This document shows, one piece after another, positions 34,345 through 36,934 of a stretch of DNA of 36,934 bases; the first letter of the stretch is position 1; every line of letters begins with the position of its first letter. The stretch comes from a virus. Its lineage: Duplodnaviria > Caudoviricetes. The DNA lies in IMG/VR virus record IMGVR_UViG_3300031229_000075, positions 1-36,934 of that record. One strand, 5' to 3'. The notes under the pieces were generated by a model. That model saw only the letters and a list, made by a program, of their open reading frames with translations, did not search any database and had not been told where the DNA came from. The translations under genes were made by a program, and so were the position numbers.

Positions 34345-34420
34345 GATCGCCCTGCGCGCAAGGGACGGAACGGTAGCCGCTGCGGCGGAGGCCAGAAAGA
34401 GAGTAATGACCCATGTCTGA
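34337..34420 (+). pseudogene. 27-aa ORF, probable internally deleted HNH-AP2 endonuclease remnant
   Basis: RBS GAGGAG; MPEIALRARDGTV joined to AAAAEARKRVMTHV resembles the extreme N- and C-termini of phage HNH-AP2 proteins (recalled pattern, not searched). Confidence 0.4.
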
Positions 34421-35159
34421 GCGATTCGCGTCCTGTTGCTTGTTGTCCTTCAACCGCGCGCAGTTCGTCGAGGAAGCGATCCTCACCCTCTCGGCGAACG
34501 CTGGCTTCCCACTGGAGTTGATCGTTCATGACGATGGCTCCACCGACCCGGAGGTTCGCGATGTGCTCAGGCGCTTCGTGGACAGCGGAGCGATCAGCAC
34601 CCTGATCGAGAATCCGCCCGATCACAACCAGGGCGTCGGGAATGCGACGCGGCGGATGTTCGACATCGCGCAGGGCGACCCGATCATCAAGATCGACCAA
34701 GACCTGATCTTCATGCCGGGGTGGCTACGTCATGTGGTCGATGTGCTCCAGCGCAATCAGGTTGCCCGAGACATCGACGCGGAGGAGCCTGCGATCGGTG
34801 CGCTCGGGTTGTTCAAGTACCATGCTGCTCCGGTGCACCACGCCGAGATGTTCAAGCGGTCGTGGTCGTACTGGCACGAGGTTCAGGACTTCGTGGGCAG
34901 CGCCCTCGTCGTGCCGCGCGTCTTCTACGAGGAGCACGGTCCGTTCGCGACACATTCGGACGCGTTCGCCGAGGACGTGGAGTTCAAGACCAAGCTCCAA
35001 GACGCCGGACTGGCGTTGGGACTCACGGTGGATGACTACGTGGTGAACCAGGGCTTCGGCCTCGGTCCATCGACGGTCGCCATTGATGACGGGCAGGGGC
35101 GACCGACATCGGCGACGATCAAGCACGGCCCGAAGATTCCGGAGGCGACTCGTGGCTGA
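34413..35159 (+). CDS. Glycosyltransferase family 2 (GT-A)
   Basis: LLSFNR, LIVHDDGS, NQGVG, KIDQD (DxD), FAEDVEF. Confidence 0.9.
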   Translation: MSERFASCCLLSFNRAQFVEEAILTLSANAGFPLELIVHDDGSTDPEVRDVLRRFVDSGAISTLIENPPDHNQGVGNATRRMFDIAQGDPIIKIDQDLIFMPGWLRHVVDVLQRNQVARDIDAEEPAIGALGLFKYHAAPVHHAEMFKRSWSYWHEVQDFVGSALVVPRVFYEEHGPFATHSDAFAEDVEFKTKLQDAGLALGLTVDDYVVNQGFGLGPSTVAIDDGQGRPTSATIKHGPKIPEATRG

Positions 35160-35553
35160 GATAACGATCGTCGTTGACGATGAGCAGCAACTAGATCGAA
35201 ATGTCTGGACGGCGCTCGTCCGCTTCCGAGCGGGCAACGCTTGCGAGGATTGCGGGCGGACAGGTTGCCGTCTTCATGCACACCATAAGAATGAGAACGA
35301 CGCGGACAATCGGCTGGCAAATGGCGAGTCACTCTGCGTGCGGTGTCACGGCGATCGTCACCCGGAATGGCGGCGTAACCGATGGGAGAACGCTACGACC
35401 GAGGAGAAGTTGAGGACGGGTCGCGTACTGACTGACGCACGGGCAAAGCGCCCCCCGGTGCTGAAGTGCGACTGCGGGGACTGCAAGATATGCCGAGGGA
35501 GACTGGCGACACGTAGACACCGAGCGCGGCAGAAGGCGAGGGAAACAGCGTGA
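35152..35553 (+). CDS. HNH endonuclease
   Basis: ACEDCG...LHAHHKNENDADNRLANGESLCVRCH; RBS GGAGG before the GTG at 35152. Confidence 0.85.
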   Translation: MAEITIVVDDEQQLDRNVWTALVRFRAGNACEDCGRTGCRLHAHHKNENDADNRLANGESLCVRCHGDRHPEWRRNRWENATTEEKLRTGRVLTDARAKRPPVLKCDCGDCKICRGRLATRRHRARQKARETA

Positions 35554-36692
35554 CCGATCACTTCCAAGTCGCAGCGGTCATCCCTGTCGGTCCGGGGCGG
35601 ATTCAGAACCTCCTCGCGGTGATGGAGACGATCGAGAAGCAGACGGTGCAATACAAGCTGGTCGTGTTGGTCTGCGATGGGCCGCAGGCTGCCCTGAAGC
35701 TCGAAGGCGCTTTCAAGGTAGCGACGGCAGTTCTGGAAACGCCGAAGCACGAGCCGGGCATGGAGCAACCTCGCAACATTGGGACCAGGCTGGTCACCGA
35801 CCTAGCCGACCGAGACGAGAGGTTCGCGGGGATCAGCCACGTGCACTTCATCGACTCGGATGTGATCCTTCGTCCGCGCGCGCTGGAGTACTACAAAGCT
35901 GCGTTTTACGGGGCGGAAACCTGGCGGTGTCCATGCGGCACGCCTCACTCGATTGGCGAGGCGAGAGAGCGGGATCGGACGACGCTGGCGTGTGCCTGCG
36001 GAAGCGAGTGGCACCGCGAGTGGCACCCCGTTCACTCGATCTTTGTCGGCCCGTATGACTGGCTGCCACCCGGCATCAGAGAGCCGGTGCCCGAGCTTCG
36101 CAACGATCCGGATGGCGTGCCTCCGCCCGGTCGGTGGGATCGGTTCGACAACAACGAGCCGGATACGCCGGTCGTCAACGACATCTTCGCTGGCCTGGCC
36201 TGCTTCAGCGGCAACCTCGTCTGGCCCATCGACGAGTTCAAGCGAGTCGGCGGCTTCTGGAACGAGCTACATCACGGGCGCTGCGAGGACGGTGAGCTTG
36301 GCGTCAGAGCCGTCTCGATGGGCGTCCCGATCACGTTCGTTCGTGAGGCCCGTGGATGGCACTTGCACCATGAACGGAACATGGAGTGGGTCATCAGCGC
36401 GAACAACCGGGACGTGCCGATGCTTGATGCACGCCACCCGGACTTGCACGGATGCTGCACCTGCGGGCACGAGAAGAAGAAGCACGCCGAGGGCGAGAGA
36501 GATGAGCGCCACCAATGCGAGCAGTGCGAGTGCGAGAAGTACACGCCACGGTTCTTCATGGTGGATGAGGACGGCACACGGTTCAACTACCGTTGCGAGA
36601 TATGCGGGGAGGAGATGAACGCGGCGCTGTCGTGGGGACACCGCGCGCAGCACGCAAAGACAGAGGAGAGCAAGGAAAGGCCAGGGATATGA
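35550..36692 (+). CDS. GT-A glycosyltransferase (GT2 / GT7 C-terminal-like) with Zn-ribbon insertions
   Basis: AVIPV, VLVCDG, PRNIG, HFIDSD, FKRVGGFWNE..HGRCEDGELGVR, GWHLHH; additional Cys/His clusters. Confidence 0.85.
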   Translation: MTDHFQVAAVIPVGPGRIQNLLAVMETIEKQTVQYKLVVLVCDGPQAALKLEGAFKVATAVLETPKHEPGMEQPRNIGTRLVTDLADRDERFAGISHVHFIDSDVILRPRALEYYKAAFYGAETWRCPCGTPHSIGEARERDRTTLACACGSEWHREWHPVHSIFVGPYDWLPPGIREPVPELRNDPDGVPPPGRWDRFDNNEPDTPVVNDIFAGLACFSGNLVWPIDEFKRVGGFWNELHHGRCEDGELGVRAVSMGVPITFVREARGWHLHHERNMEWVISANNRDVPMLDARHPDLHGCCTCGHEKKKHAEGERDERHQCEQCECEKYTPRFFMVDEDGTRFNYRCEICGEEMNAALSWGHRAQHAKTEESKERPGI

Positions 36693-36934
36693 ACATCTGG
36701 CGGGAGTTGAACCTTCGGAATATGCCGATCCCTCGCCCGATCTGGATTTTCGAGGGCACGGAGGTTCAGGTGGGGGTGCAGGTGTCGGACGGAAACTCGG
36801 ACTCCGTGGCGGCGCTCAGCGTCGAGTTCGATCTGGGCCACCGGAAGGCGGCGTACCTCAACAGGTTCCTCCTCTGGGCCGGAGCGATGATCTGCCGAAT
36901 CATCGGGCACGACTACGAGGCTGTCAGCTACGCG
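36689..36934 (+). CDS. Hypothetical protein, 3' truncated (MNIWRELNLRN...ICRIIGHDY...)
   Basis: ATGA overlap; frame open to the window end. Confidence 0.55.
   Translation, partial: MNIWRELNLRNMPIPRPIWIFEGTEVQVGVQVSDGNSDSVAALSVEFDLGHRKAAYLNRFLLWAGAMICRIIGHDYEAVSYA

Larger units (their letters stand above)
1..36934 (+). mobile_element. Tailed dsDNA bacteriophage or prophage segment (siphovirus-like)
   Basis: Conserved order capsid-neck-tail tube-chaperone (frameshift)-tape measure-Dit-Tal-fibres, then recombination/replication genes; dense co-oriented ORFs with ATGA/TGATG overlaps; no host housekeeping genes. Confidence 0.95.

Overview
This window is a ~37 kb segment of a high-GC tailed dsDNA (siphovirus-like) phage or prophage, probably with an actinobacterial-type host (inferred only from GC content and gene style). 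Almost every gene is on the + strand. 1-20.2 kb is the virion module: end of a probable major capsid gene, neck genes, tail tube, a tail assembly chaperone with a canonical G-GGA-AAA -1 frameshift, a 1470-aa tape measure protein, Dit/Tal-like and tail fibre proteins, and an HExxH protein. A lone minus-strand gene for a tiny acidic peptide follows. 20.5-32 kb is a recombination/replication module: Sak/Rad52-like annealase, RusA, Cas4/AddB-like exonuclease, HTH initiator with a putative internal origin, DnaB, an atypical SSB, a HerA-like ATPase, RNase H and an MmcB-like nuclease. 32-36.7 kb carries three GT-A glycosyltransferases, a SAM methyltransferase and a small HExxH protein. Four HNH/EndoVII genes and a probable deleted remnant are interspersed. 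Leading hypothesis: a virion-protein O-glycosylation system. Serines in exposed structural proteins are strongly enriched in an [A/G]-S-[A/G] context (21 of 55 Ser in the tail fibre by hand count, against about 4 of ~70 in the internal tape measure protein), and the genome carries a glycosyltransferase/methyltransferase cassette. Also notable: a recoded capsid 3' end next to a homing endonuclease, two repeated late-operon cis motifs, and a 1-nt frameshifted Zn-finger gene. No integrase, lysin, tRNA, CRISPR array or reverse transcriptase was recognised. All calls come from motifs and synteny read by eye; no database searches were run.
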